A stretch of 64,000 nt of DNA, taken from contig NW_018406672.1 of NCBI RefSeq assembly GCF_002113885.1, forward strand, positions 211,540 through 275,539, read 5' to 3'. The notes beneath the pieces are model-generated. The model was not told where the DNA came from and made no database searches. It worked only from the letters and a program-made list of their open reading frames with translations. Below, one piece after another: positions 1 to 11,800 of the stretch. The translations under genes and the position numbers were made by a program. Origin of the DNA: Mizuhopecten yessoensis. Its lineage: Eukaryota. The stretch's first letter is position 1, and every line of letters starts with the position of its first letter.

Positions 1-201
1 CCCGACCGGGCAAACGTCTCAGACTAACATATAGAAATGAAATAAAATACATTTTAACAGAATATATACGTCAACGACCGGTCAGACAATTTGATACGAC
101 GTTTGCTACGATAACATCAGTCAAAAAGACGTTTGAATGAGTATTTTTTGTAATACAGAAGAAACGGCACCTAATACATTCACACCTCAAAAACAGACAG
201 T

Positions 202-226
202 AAAAAAAAAAAAAAAAAAAAAAACC

Positions 227-264
<38 letters not shown>
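202..264. repeat. Interrupted poly(A) tract in intron 1 of the left PAN paralog
   Basis: A-run, ccc, A-run. Confidence 0.9.
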
Positions 265-265
<1 letters not shown>

Positions 266-299
266 CCAGAATAACAACAAAGTCTGCATCTGTACTCAC

Positions 300-624
300 A
301 AAAGACCTTCTGGAAGTACACCGCTCCTGCCTGTGGCGCTGGGGTTTCTTGTCTCCATAATATCCGATCAAATATTTGGCACTGCGCTGTCGTGTTATCG
401 GCTATAAAGGACATGCATGTTCCCCTGTAAACACAGATACTTCCACAGCCTGAATACGTTACGACATTCGCAAATGTTTCCATAAGTCCATTTCCCGTGG
501 AGCCTTCAAAATTCCCAGATGCAGGAACCTTTGCGGTGAAATACATTGACACATCTGACGAATTGCACAAAGAAAAAGCACACAAAAAGACGACCGCAAA
601 ATTCGGATGAAATAACATCTTCAT
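300..624 (-). CDS. Exon 1 of a paralogous PAN/Apple(-CTL) gene; the rest lies beyond the left edge of the window
   Basis: MKMLFHPNFAVVFLCAFSLCNS signal peptide. EGS..GL...CGSICVYRGTCMSF...CQIFDR.L....TP....AVYF aligns with 16019-16379, with the same phase-1 donor (T|GTGAGT) at the equivalent position. Confidence 0.85.
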
Positions 625-666
625 GATCACTAACGTTAAAGTATGTTGACGTCTGTATTGTACCAC

Positions 667-672
667 TTTATA
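667..672 (-). promoter_or_regulatory. TATA box candidate (TATAAA) of the left PAN paralog
   Basis: Ends 43 nt upstream of the ATG at 624; the spacing matches the paralog. Confidence 0.5.
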
Positions 673-1456
673 CCTCATAGGCATTACCATGGATTGCTCC
701 AAGATTATCTTGCTTAAAAGTTTCGTGTACAGCAGGTATTACGTTAAGTAAAGTAACTCACACAGCGTGCAATTAGCTCTGTGTCACTCTGTGATAAGAC
801 ATTGCATTCGCTACTTGTGGTGGAGATTATGTTAATATATTGTCAATATTCCTAATTATACAAACAAATCAATTTCATCAATTTCACCTGGACGAGTTTT
901 CATCACGTGATAGTATTTAAACAAAATCAATTCAGCTGTCATGGGGTCCCAACGTAATGTATATTATCGTTAATCATAGCAAGTCCTTATCTTTATTAAT
1001 CAAGCAGCAGGGAATCCTTAAGTATAAATATTTCAAGTGCATTTTTTTGTGTAGATATACATCACAATACATATGTCTTATGACGACAGAAGCTCGTAAA
1101 AACGGCTGACGCACAGAGATTGTGAAACACGAATATAGCAAGAATAAAGAATAAGGTACCGTAGTATTCCTATGTCTCTTTACTGTAAGAGAAGGGTACT
1201 TCAGACGAAACCATAGGGACATCACAGTCACTTTCGTCTTTTACGATGTTTAGCATGCAATAAAATATATTTCTGGTAGAGTTACATTTGCTATATATAT
1301 ATATATAACTACTGAATATCTGAAGAACACAGTTTTGATAGATACCTCATATTTGATGACAGTGAAACGCTATTTATCAGAATTGGGAGTATTCACTAAA
1401 ATCTAACAGGAATGTAATTTGATTTGGGAAAAGCTTCGCAAAAATCGTTGTGTGAT

Positions 1457-1995
1457 GGTTTGGTTTGGTTTAGTATTGTTTAACGTCATATCAACAGCTA
1501 TGATCCCTCCCCCCTCCCCCCACCCCCACCCTGTGTGCAATATACATGCATGCAGTGTATGCGTGTGTGTTTTGGGAGGCTGCGATATGTTCCTGTTTGT
1601 CTCCTTGTGTTAGCGCGGAACTGATGCCGGCTTTATAGTGCTATCTCACTGAAACATTCTGCCGAAGACACCCAGCAGGATACCCCACCAGGTCACATTA
1701 TACTGACAACGGGCGAATAAGTCGTCCAACTCATAAATTGCTGGGCGTTAAGCGGGAGTAGAACCTACCATTTGTACAGATTCTGGTATGTCTCGGCCAG
1801 GGGACAGAAATCAAAGTCTTCCTCACACGGGCGAACGATCAACTAAAGGCCAAACGTGAGACATTGTCAAGGGAGACTTTAGGAAGAAGAAAGTTGTTTA
1901 GAAAGAAGAGAAAAGATAAGATTCCAAATTTAGTCGCCTCTTACGATCATGCAATGAGGCAGTATGCACAATTATTACGCCCTACCTGATGGGAC
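1457..1995. mobile_element. Interspersed repeat, probably SINE-like
   Basis: Begins (ggttt)n..gtttaacgtcatatcaacagcta and contains cacattatactgacaacggg, both shared with the diverged copy at 21866-22145. The left end is also shared with the tail of the SINE at 22593-22815. Confidence 0.6.
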
Positions 1996-4900
1996 TCATT
2001 CTGTGACATGAGTTTGAGAAAGCAACTGGGGCAATGAAACATATAAATAGGAATCTACAATTTTCAAGTTCCTACGAATGTCATGATTTTATTTTTCACT
2101 TTGAGACCTTTTCATCTTTTTCAGTGAAGGGGATGTTATGACGAGACATTATTCCAGGTTCCATATGTCGCTTAGAAAACGCTTTGCCATCCACAGTAAA
2201 TTATTAACCCGTCGTTATTTTGTAGGTTTTCATTACCTCACACTCCTTTTGTGTAAACATTGTCTCAACATTTAACACGAATACACCTGATGTATCCCAT
2301 GAGATGTTTATCGTAAAAGATGACAATTGCGTGTTCCCCTTCAATTGGTGGGTTTTCTTAGGTGTCCTCTACTAGGAGGACGTGAAAACAAACAACAACC
2401 ATGATTATATGCAGGTAGCTACTCGGCCGATCGAACGACAGAACAGGCATTTATTATAATTGCATTCGATGCGATAAAGACGTTTCCATACAATTTTGAC
2501 AAATTCACTCCACAACCCACAATCTCTCCCTCTCATTGTGAATCGTATTTATCTACAAAAAAAGCAAGCGCGCCACCCAACCTGAACTCCTTACGGAAGC
2601 AGGAGGTGTACGTCTATGCTTCTGTGTTTTTTGGCTGGGGTTTCTATACACCCAACATAAATACGATTCCCATATATTCTCAATGTATTCATGTACATAG
2701 CATTCCATACTCCAACCTCATTGGTCAATACCAAATCGAACGAATTACTCGTCCTAATACAATCCTCACGTACATATAGGACAAATAATACGCGCTATTC
2801 TCAGAAACGCGCGCAAATTTAATGTTCATACATGTATGGCCAAGGATGTTATAACACACAAATACACTTTGTTATATTCATTCATTTCAACTTTTGAGTA
2901 AGTAGTTGTTTTCTGATGATTAACTTTTATTATTGAAAAAGTCATTGATGATGAATTATTATTTTATGAATTAATTATTTATTGATAATCAGCTGGAGGA
3001 GGTATTACATTGGATCTTTTGTGAAATTATTACAATTTCACATTCCGGTGTTTCAATTAACTCTTTTATTTATTGATTATACTAGTGTTCAGCAAAACAA
3101 CCATCCATCGCTGCATGGTGAATGTTGTTTCGCCATTAGGCGTACAACAATTTAGTGAATTAATTTTATCTTATCCGTTTTCCTCTCCTGTTTATCTTTT
3201 CAATAATTCATGTTAATGTATTGAAGTACTGTCTAAAATAGCAATTTAAAAATTAACTTTCGAGCTTTAGTGTTCGAACTCTGCTACATTTATTATTTGC
3301 TCTTATATGCAAATAAATGTGTGGCTTTATCATTTGAACAAAACCTGTTAAAAAGTATACGGGATTGATATCGTTGGCTGCTTGGATTTAATATCATTAA
3401 ACGTTTTCATAGGGCACTACTATAATACCCTTATTTACAGTATGTTCCTTATCAAATCTCAACCCTTTAACCAACTAACACACATGTGTGCTTTATTTCT
3501 CGAAATTTATTTAAAAGAGTTGTTTAGAAATACATATGACATAAAATAATTTTGCCAAAAAAAACATTAATAACAATAGCCTCTGCTTTAAAATAATCTT
3601 TCAGGCATATGCATTTTTTATATAAAAAATTATGAAAACCGAAATAAAATCGTAAAATGGAAAATAGAACAGTATTTATCACACAACTACCCTGTTATGA
3701 GTGTCATAACACCCATTACAATGTACATACATTTTGTTATCACAACACGTGTAATAACACCTTGGAGGGTTTTGATTGGCCAGTCTATTCACATTTCGTG
3801 TGTGTTAATACGCGTGACGTAGTCTGTAAACAGAACTACAGTTTTTACTACGAGTCGTATTAAAAATAAATGACTACTTTCACAATCAATGATATGGTCA
3901 GTATATACAACAATGAGCTCGCGAAAATCATGCTTGTTAGTTAAGGACCTAACGAATACACAGTGTAGACGGACGGAATTGATTTTCGATGGATATGCCG
4001 GGAAATCGTATGAAACTGGTATCTGACGAGCCAACTAGGCCTTATGTTACCGGGATTACCAACCGAATCATGCTGATAACGGGTCATAAAGATATGCAAT
4101 CTGTAATTAATTACGGTCAAATTAAGTCTGATCAGCACAAGATCATTTCGTGCATATTATCCGTCCTTCCTGGAACCATGGCTCTCGCCTCGTCACAATG
4201 TCAACAGAATCAGTTGACTCCGACTTGTAATAACACCGCGGTCCAATATACAGCCACGGAGATGTAAGACCTCATCAATGAATATTCTTGGAGGACTTAA
4301 CACAATGTTTGGTGGTAATATTATACACTTCAACATCAATGTGGTTTCAAAAGAGGACAACGTCAGTTATCCAAGAGCCATTAAATAAAGAAGAATCGTT
4401 ATGACAGCGACAGTGACTAGTCCGGCTCGGAAACATATGTGACCTCGATTTTATTTATGACGCGGCTTTCTGCTACATGCTGTCTGCCAGTCTGGCGAGG
4501 TCATCTTTTAGGTCTTACTGTTAAAAACATTGTCTTATTTGCATTACTAATAACAAACAAGTATTTTCGATGTACATTTGCAAAAATAAACAAAAGCTGA
4601 CAATTCAAATGATAAAATGAGTTGATGTTTCATCACATTCTATGAAATGATATTCTTTTAGCCTTTATTCGTTATTCGTCATTGATAAAGAAAGAATGAA
4701 AACAAAATGAGATTAAAATTGATGTTTTTGTAAATATGTATGCGTCATGTGATAAATAGAATCTCACATTCGTTTCCACTTGATTTGAGATTTATGAAAC
4801 TCGTTAAGCCGGTTTAAATTTTAAATTTTAAATCGAAACATTCTCAACGTGTTTCATCAATCTCATATCAATGGAAACTCATGCGAGTTCCTGATTTGAA

Positions 4901-5073
4901 CATAAACATAAAGTAAACATTTCGTTAAATTCTTAAATTCTCTTTAAGACTTCAAGACAAAAAAAGTCAACATAATAAGAAGGAATTTCATGGAACAATT
5001 AATTGATGAAAGTGTGATATTCATTAATGGTGTTTCATGTTATTTCATAAAACGTGTATGCTAACAATGTCGC

Positions 5074-5736
5074 TTCAGTATCTCTGATCTACACTTGAGT
5101 AAATGTGAAAGAGACTTTTCAGTTCACCGTGTTTTCAGTATCCCTGATCTGCACTTGAGTAGATGTGAAAGAGACTTTTCAGTTCAGCGTGTTTTCAGTA
5201 TCTCTGATTTACACTTGAGTAGCTGTGAAAGAGACTTTTCAGTTGCGCGTGTTTTCAGTATCTCTGATCTACACTTGGGTAGATGTGAAAGAGACTTTTT
5301 AGTTCAGCGTGTTTTTCAGTATCTCTGATTTACACTTGAGTAGCTGTAAAAGAGACTTTTCAGTTCAGCGTGTTTTTCAGTATCTCTGAATTACACTTGA
5401 GTAGACGTGAAAGAGACTTTTTAGTTTAGCATGTTTTCAGTATCTCTGATTTACACTCGAGTAAATGTGAAAGAGACTTGTCAGGTGGGCGTGCTTTCAG
5501 TATCTCTGATTTACACTTGAGTAGCTGTGAAAGAGACTTTTCAGTTGCGCGTGTTTTCAGTATCTCTGATCTACACTTGGGTAGATGTGAAAGAGACTTT
5601 TTAGTTCAGCGTGTTTTTCAGTATCTCTGATTTACACTTGAGTAGATGTGAAAGAGACTTTTCAGTTTAGCATGTTTTCAGTATCTCTGATTTACACTCG
5701 AGTAAATGTGAAAGACTCTTTTCAGTTCAGCGTGTT
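5074..5736. repeat. Minisatellite, 60-61 bp unit, about 11 copies
   Basis: Unit ttcagtatctctgatYtacacttgagtagatgtgaaagagacttttcagttcagcgtgtt. Confidence 0.95.
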
Positions 5737-6767
5737 ATCAATGTCTGGTAATTTTATAATAGCTGTTTCGATACTATTGTATATGTATGAACAGTACGAT
5801 CTTATGCATATTTTAGAACATGTCAATGACTAAGAAAGGAATGTGTAGTAAGCTATGTAATATATAATCTATTAATTTGTCTGATTATCTTTTATCAAAA
5901 ACACTCACATTAGACTTTCTTTGGAAATAATGTTATAGCATAGTGCTGAGGAATGAAGGTATTACTAATTCAATAAAAAAAAAACAGATTCAAAAAATTT
6001 TATAGTTGGAATTTTATTAATAAAAGCATTTCGTCACAACATTTATAAAAAGCACAAACACAATTAACGAAATCGTCCATGGCGCAATGTAGTACAATCA
6101 GTGATATAGTTTAAATATAGTTTTATAAAATACTATATAGCATGCACTTACTGTTGGTTATTGACGGTGTCAAGCCACTGAAAGTCTGCGTAGAATAAAC
6201 CTTAAACAGAGAATTATACTAGTGGGCGTTTGCATCCTTTATAAAAACCGCTATCGTTTTAACCTTTGTGTTAACAGCATGTTATGGATAGGTTCGTAAT
6301 GCTTATCAAATGGCTACCGTGCAGAGTTTTCTCACTGGTATGGCTTCAGACTACTTGGAACATGATGTTACAGTCTTCAAATTACTTGATTTCCAGGTAC
6401 GATATTTCCATGCTTAAAGGATTTGTGCAACGAAAAATAAAAATTCTGTATTATAAAATAGTTGTGTTTTAAACCCTTATTAAAACGCCCAATCCCGCAC
6501 GCGTTGTCTGGTTACATTGAAGTGACACGACTATTGGGTCATACGAGTTGACCTCTCATTTATGCATATTTCGTGACCCGGAACGAGGCCACTCCCTTGT
6601 GACGTCATAATAGTCCGCGAAAAATCAAGCCGCCGCCATATTACACTGTTTGTTTACATATCATATCAGCTGATCACAGTCTCCGAGTTAGCGTAAACAG
6701 GAAATCTTGTTGTGAAAGACAACGTAACTTTTTGAATGAAAGTTGGTGTATACTTTTATTTGGTAAA

Positions 6768-7079
6768 ATGGTGTTTTGTGCGGCTTTCGGTTGTTCAAAT
6801 AGACTGAAGAAAGGAAACGGAATTTCGTTCTTCAAATTCCCGAAGAATCCCGTGCAGAGATCGACATGGGAACATTACTGTCGAAGGTCCAGCTTCACAG
6901 CAACAAATCATCACACCTTATGCAGTGTGCATTTTTCAATGGACATGTTCCAGTACCACAGTTCGAAATTCGAGAGTTTGGGATTGAACTTTTCACGGAG
7001 GGCAAAGCTGAAAGATGACGCATTGCCGGACATTCCACTGATGGAGAAAGAAAATACAGCTACGAGATGCAGCAAATAA
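6768..7079 (+). CDS. THAP zinc-finger domain (N-terminus of a truncated transposase), 103 aa
   Basis: MVFCAAFGCSN...FFKFP...W...C.R......LCSVHF...LKDDALPDI: C2CH THAP signature plus an AVPTIF-like box; lies inside the TIRs. Confidence 0.88.
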   Translation: MVFCAAFGCSNRLKKGNGISFFKFPKNPVQRSTWEHYCRRSSFTATNHHTLCSVHFSMDMFQYHSSKFESLGLNFSRRAKLKDDALPDIPLMEKENTATRCSK

Positions 7080-7679
7080 AGAGATGAACAAAAATTAATC
7101 CTATAGGATTTTATTTATTGAATTATATTTTTGTGATAATAGTCCTGAACAAAACATTCAACCAAATAGTAACGTTTAGGTAAATTAATTCTTTGAAAAA
7201 AGAATCCTTTGCAAGTTAAAAAAAATACCCCCCAGGGATGGGTTATTTTAACCTAAATATATATACAAGTATAAAAGAAATAATTTCGCAATCTATCAGT
7301 GATGACGTACAAAAATGAAAACAAAACATACACATATAAATTTACTTCATCTTTTATCTAGCCTTGAATCTGATTCCGCGAAAAGACGTTATAAATATGT
7401 GATTATGTATGCACATATGAAGTATTTTCCTGTGAACATTTATTTCTTTTCTTTGTTATAAACAAAATACATTTAAAATCGGTAATCCTCAATCGGCTTA
7501 TGAAAGATGTTGAACGTTTCCGCGTTTAGGCCTAGGGAGGGGCAGGGAGAATGGGAATCAAGAGAAAAACTTTTGCTGTTTTGGCAATCATTTCGACATA
7601 AATCGGAAGTTTGCGATTTCTTCAACAAAACATGTACTCGTAGTTATATTTTATTTCTCATTTTCTTGAGGTGACATAC

Positions 7680-7873
7680 CATGCGATGTTGTCTGTGCGG
7701 ATGTCTCGTGCCCTGGCATGGTCGTCCCCGTCATCAGACTCGTCTGTCTCTGATTGTGACGAATACATTTCTTCTGTAACTCGATCTACGTGTTTTCTCG
7801 CGGGTTCAAATTGGTAGGGTAAAATATCAAGCTCACCCCCAACTTCAGGAACATCGCTATCGGTATCTGACAT
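7680..7873 (-). pseudogene. First exon of a transposon accessory gene (KolX / P2X7-ballast-like); downstream exons are missing
   Basis: Acidic peptide with LPYQFEP and ...IRTDNIAW, then a phase-2 TG|GTATGT donor. I recognise this as the N-terminus that precedes the WC-x-CG-x-C Cys-rich domain of invertebrate 'P2X7-like' proteins (from memory, not searched). Confidence 0.6.
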
Positions 7874-8624
7874 GGTGTTTGTTGATAAATTTACGAAGTT
7901 TTCATTAGATATCGAAGTGAGCCAAGGTCAAGTACGCGAGAGGCTAAGGATAGCTTGGGGAAACCCTCGTCCTATTATGACGTCACGCGATCACGTGACC
8001 AGCGAGCTCATTAACTCCAGCTTGGTGTTCTCCGCGCTACAACATCAGCCCATAAACGAAACAATTATACATTATCGGAATGTTGAATTACATTCCCGTA
8101 AAAAAAGGTTATTTAAATGAGTTTATAGATTATTTTGACACATTTTTGACCACTGTTGCACAAATCCTTTAATACATGTACGATGACCGAAGACATTTTA
8201 CTACATTGTACCTCATAATTTTCTTTCGTATCTACATATTTTTATATCATCGGTATTCGGTTAATATATTGCGTTTGTGCGGGTAGACGAACTGATATCA
8301 TGCATTTTTACTTTAAGATAACGTGGGTCATGCCACTTTTTCTCATATTCGTGTTTACCCGCAAACCGTCCATGCAACTTTATCATGTATTTTAATTTAT
8401 ACCAATTTGACAGCTTAATTAAATTGAACACCTTTGTAATATCACTGTTTATGTCATATTTTCATATGATTCACCGGACATGATGTCTTTGTAAGGTTGT
8501 ACAAAACTGTGAAAGAGGAAATATAAAAAATACATGTAAAAGTAAAGCCTGTAGGTTCATAGTTTGAAGGATTCGTATTTTTTAATCACCGGTACATCTA
8601 CACAAACACTACACGTTATTGCAG

Positions 8625-8845
8625 TTAACTGTTTGGTATTTTGATTTCACACACTGATCTCAATAGGTCTGCGTTGCAATCTATGTCAGTCCAGAAAAAT
8701 GATCCTCCAGTTTGAACTTTGAGACATCCCCCAGTCGTTGGAGTTGATTCCCAGTTTGTGTATCCGGCCGACATCAGGGAGCCGTCTGGCCATATCCAAT
8801 TACCGTTTTCCAGAAATCCTCCGAGATGATAGTCAAAATTGATGT
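8625..8845 (-). CDS. PAN-CTL gene exon 3 (CTLD C-terminal half, stop)
   Basis: ttattttcag acceptor; DINFDYHLGG...WIWPDGS...SVCEIKIPNS*. Confidence 0.92.
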
Positions 8846-11800
8846 CTGAAAATAAGATGTTATGTATTTGATAGAAATTGCTACACTCGACAACAAAATT
8901 ATTGGAAATATTATGAGCAATTAGTTTCAAAGAAAATCCCTCGTTTCACCCCAAGTGGTTAAGTGATACTTGATCTGTCATATCTGCAAAGTTGACGTTA
9001 CGTCAAATTGTTGTTGACATAACATTTTTCGGATGAAATGACGTGAACGCATTGTTGAAGGAATGTCATACAGTTGTTATGAAATACCGTTACTGAATCC
9101 TTTCATACCAACCCTAAGATGAGACTAGCTCTAACTGAGCAAGATCGCGTAATTTGTAGTTCAATTGAAGGACTAAGAATCGGGAATAACTTAGGCACAA
9201 GCCAGGATTGGGATGGTACAGAATAATAGAAGCCCTATACTAAAATAAGCCGACAAAGGTTAGTTGCAGGAGAGTGCTTCATGCTCACTAGTTCGATAAG
9301 TTATCAAATTTTAACGTGGTTTACAAGCATATTGTCTGAAACCTCAAAGTAATATTGAATTTTCAATACATAAACTACGTTTGGACTATTCCGCGTAAAA
9401 CGTTTATGAAATATAAGTTAATACAAATGTATCATGCTGTAGAGAAAATATAACACACTTCAGAGCTATACACTGCCGGGTGATGTTAGCGGGGAACTTT
9501 TTAAGTAAATTTATACGTTTTCACTTACCAAATGCGCCTTGTACGAACGTTTGTCTGTCTGCAGTAGATACATCGAAGAGATATCCACCCTCCTGCTGAC
9601 ATGACGTCATTGCCTGTGTCCACGTCATAGGCGTGGTGTATTCCTTGAAGCACATACCGCTGTAGTTGGTGAAACTGAGTGGGCAGTTAACTACAACAGT
9701 CAAATGACGTCAAATAAGAATATTTAAATCTCAAATTCATTCCAGAAAATGAAAATGTCTTAATTATCCCATAATTAACGGTAATAAAAAAATCTCTTGT
9801 ATTACATGGTTTGTTTGTTATTAAGGCATTTGGCGTCCTCGCAATAGATAAGGTTATAAGTATTTTGAAGTCTGGTACCTAAAGAGACACCCCCGAAACG
9901 AAAGAGAAGGGAAGTGGAAAATCAAAAGAAATAGATCCCAAGTATTGCAATGGGAGCAGCAGAATATTCGTTTCGTCCAGGTTTCCTAAGCAGAAGACAC
10001 AGAGGAACACCCGCCACCCGCTACCGATTCTACAAAGAGGGCCCAACATTAGTCGCCTCTTCCGCAATTCTGAAAGTGACAGTGTACTTGTTCTATTCAC
10101 GAACCTGCAGGGTTGTATCTGCCATAGATACCTTGGTCTAATGTATATATTCTTGCTTCGATATTGATACGTCTAAAAAATCAAATAACATACCTAATAG
10201 GCATATGTATCAAAGACCGAGGGACTAGATAGTGCAAAGTTCTGTGAATTGCTAGAAACCAATCAGTTCTCTAAGTGTACGTAATAGACCATGGTGATTG
10301 ACATATTTATTCCTCAGTTCATTTCTACTTCACATTATCACGTTTCAATTGGAGTCAGATAATTACTAACATTTTAAGGGACAGTCGGGTTATCTATTGA
10401 AAGGATTAGCCGAAATAATCTATATAACAGGTCCTTCACCCGACGCAAGTCTTGTTGACACCCGTCCGTGATTATCAATAACACACATTATGACACATAT
10501 ACATAAAGATGATTTTGGATAAAGCCTTATGATAATGTATTTATGTCTAAAAGAGTTTCGATGTAGTTACCACTGCGATATTGTTTACACGCTGTTAGTG
10601 GGCCGAGATTATCCTTTAATTTCTTAATAATCTCCCTGTGTATGAAGAATATTGTATACATCTCTATCGATATTTACTTAAAATATATACAACTAATGGA
10701 CATTTTATTTCCCCCCGAAATAAATACAGCTTATCATCACAATTTTAGAAATACTGGAGTATTCATGTGAAATATAACTTGTGTTTGAAGGATTGATTTT
10801 TGTTTATTTCTATGATGATCATAAGCCGTGACTGCAACATTCCGGAAGGGATATTGTATAAATGTATGATATATAATAAACACGCATTAACGAATAACAC
10901 TTGATGTGTTGAACTTCCATTCCAATTGATATTTTCACTTAAGAAACAATTTTCTGTGTGCATTTTCTTCATACTGTTTCCAACGGGCACTTGTGATAAA
11001 CATTATATGTTATTTAGTATCTGGTTTAGTGGACGTGAAATAGCATATTGGAGAATACTGTACGTTGATATAGAATAAAGCCATACACTTAGTTCGGCTA
11101 TTCGTATTGACAAGCAAACAGTTGTTACACATGAAGTGCAATTACCTGTTGCTCACTAATAATAACTTGTCTTAAAACGTTTGGTGTGCCAATTTCGTGT
11201 GTAATTTCTTTTTAAGAAAACGTTTTGAAGTTGAATATATATAATATAAATGAAACAATTTTCGTTCAAGTTTGGAAGTTAAGTATGCCCAATAGAAAAT
11301 AGTAATTAGTTTATTTATATTGTAAACAACATTATTTAATAACTCAGATTGATATCTTAAAATGTTCATCATAATATGTTGTTTGAAATGTTAAATGTCA
11401 ACCTATGCATTGAGCATGGCGTTACTGTCAATAGCACAATTAAGACATCTTATGGTGAGACTGTTAAGTTTAATGGACGATTCAAGCGATGTACTAGTGT
11501 TTCTAATTTATATTTATAATAAACATTGGAAACGCGATAATAAACCTTTAAGCAAGTCAGCGTTATGACAATAAACAAAAACATGATTTTACAAGATGAC
11601 ATGAAACTGACGCATCAGGAAATTAAAACATTAGTTTGGGAAAAACATAAGTTAACAAAATCAGCTATAATTTGTATACGACACTCTTGGAAAGGTAAGT
11701 ATAACAATAACTTTGTAACAGTGATCATACATATAATTGGGTCGATTGTTTCCCAGTAAAACATTTTGACATGCGTTAGAGCGAAATACACTACTAAGGA

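Larger units (their letters stand above)
6418..8168. mobile_element. Non-autonomous (internally deleted) Kolobok-like DNA transposon, 1751 bp
   Basis: Perfect 14-bp TIRs AGGATTTGTGCAAC (6418-6431 / 8155-8168), with TTAA on both sides (6414-6417, 8169-8172) and purine-purine termini. Contains a THAP ORF and a convergent second ORF. No DDE core is present. Confidence 0.85.

Noticed and set aside
71-371. Poly-Phe ORFs and the poly-Phe tail of ORF 187-702
   Set aside because: Read-through into an intronic poly(A/T) tract past the GTGAGT donor at 299.
5074-5736. 60-bp periodic array resembling a CRISPR array; ORFs 5095-5328 and 5648-5833
   Set aside because: Whole units repeat with no unique spacers, there are no cas genes, and the context is eukaryotic. 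The ORFs are by-products of the repeat.
6418-8168. piggyBac or P-element assignment, or a domesticated host THAP gene
   Set aside because: TTAA fits piggyBac, but the termini are AGG rather than CCY and piggyBac lacks THAP. P elements make 8-bp TSDs. Enclosure in perfect TIRs argues against a host gene.
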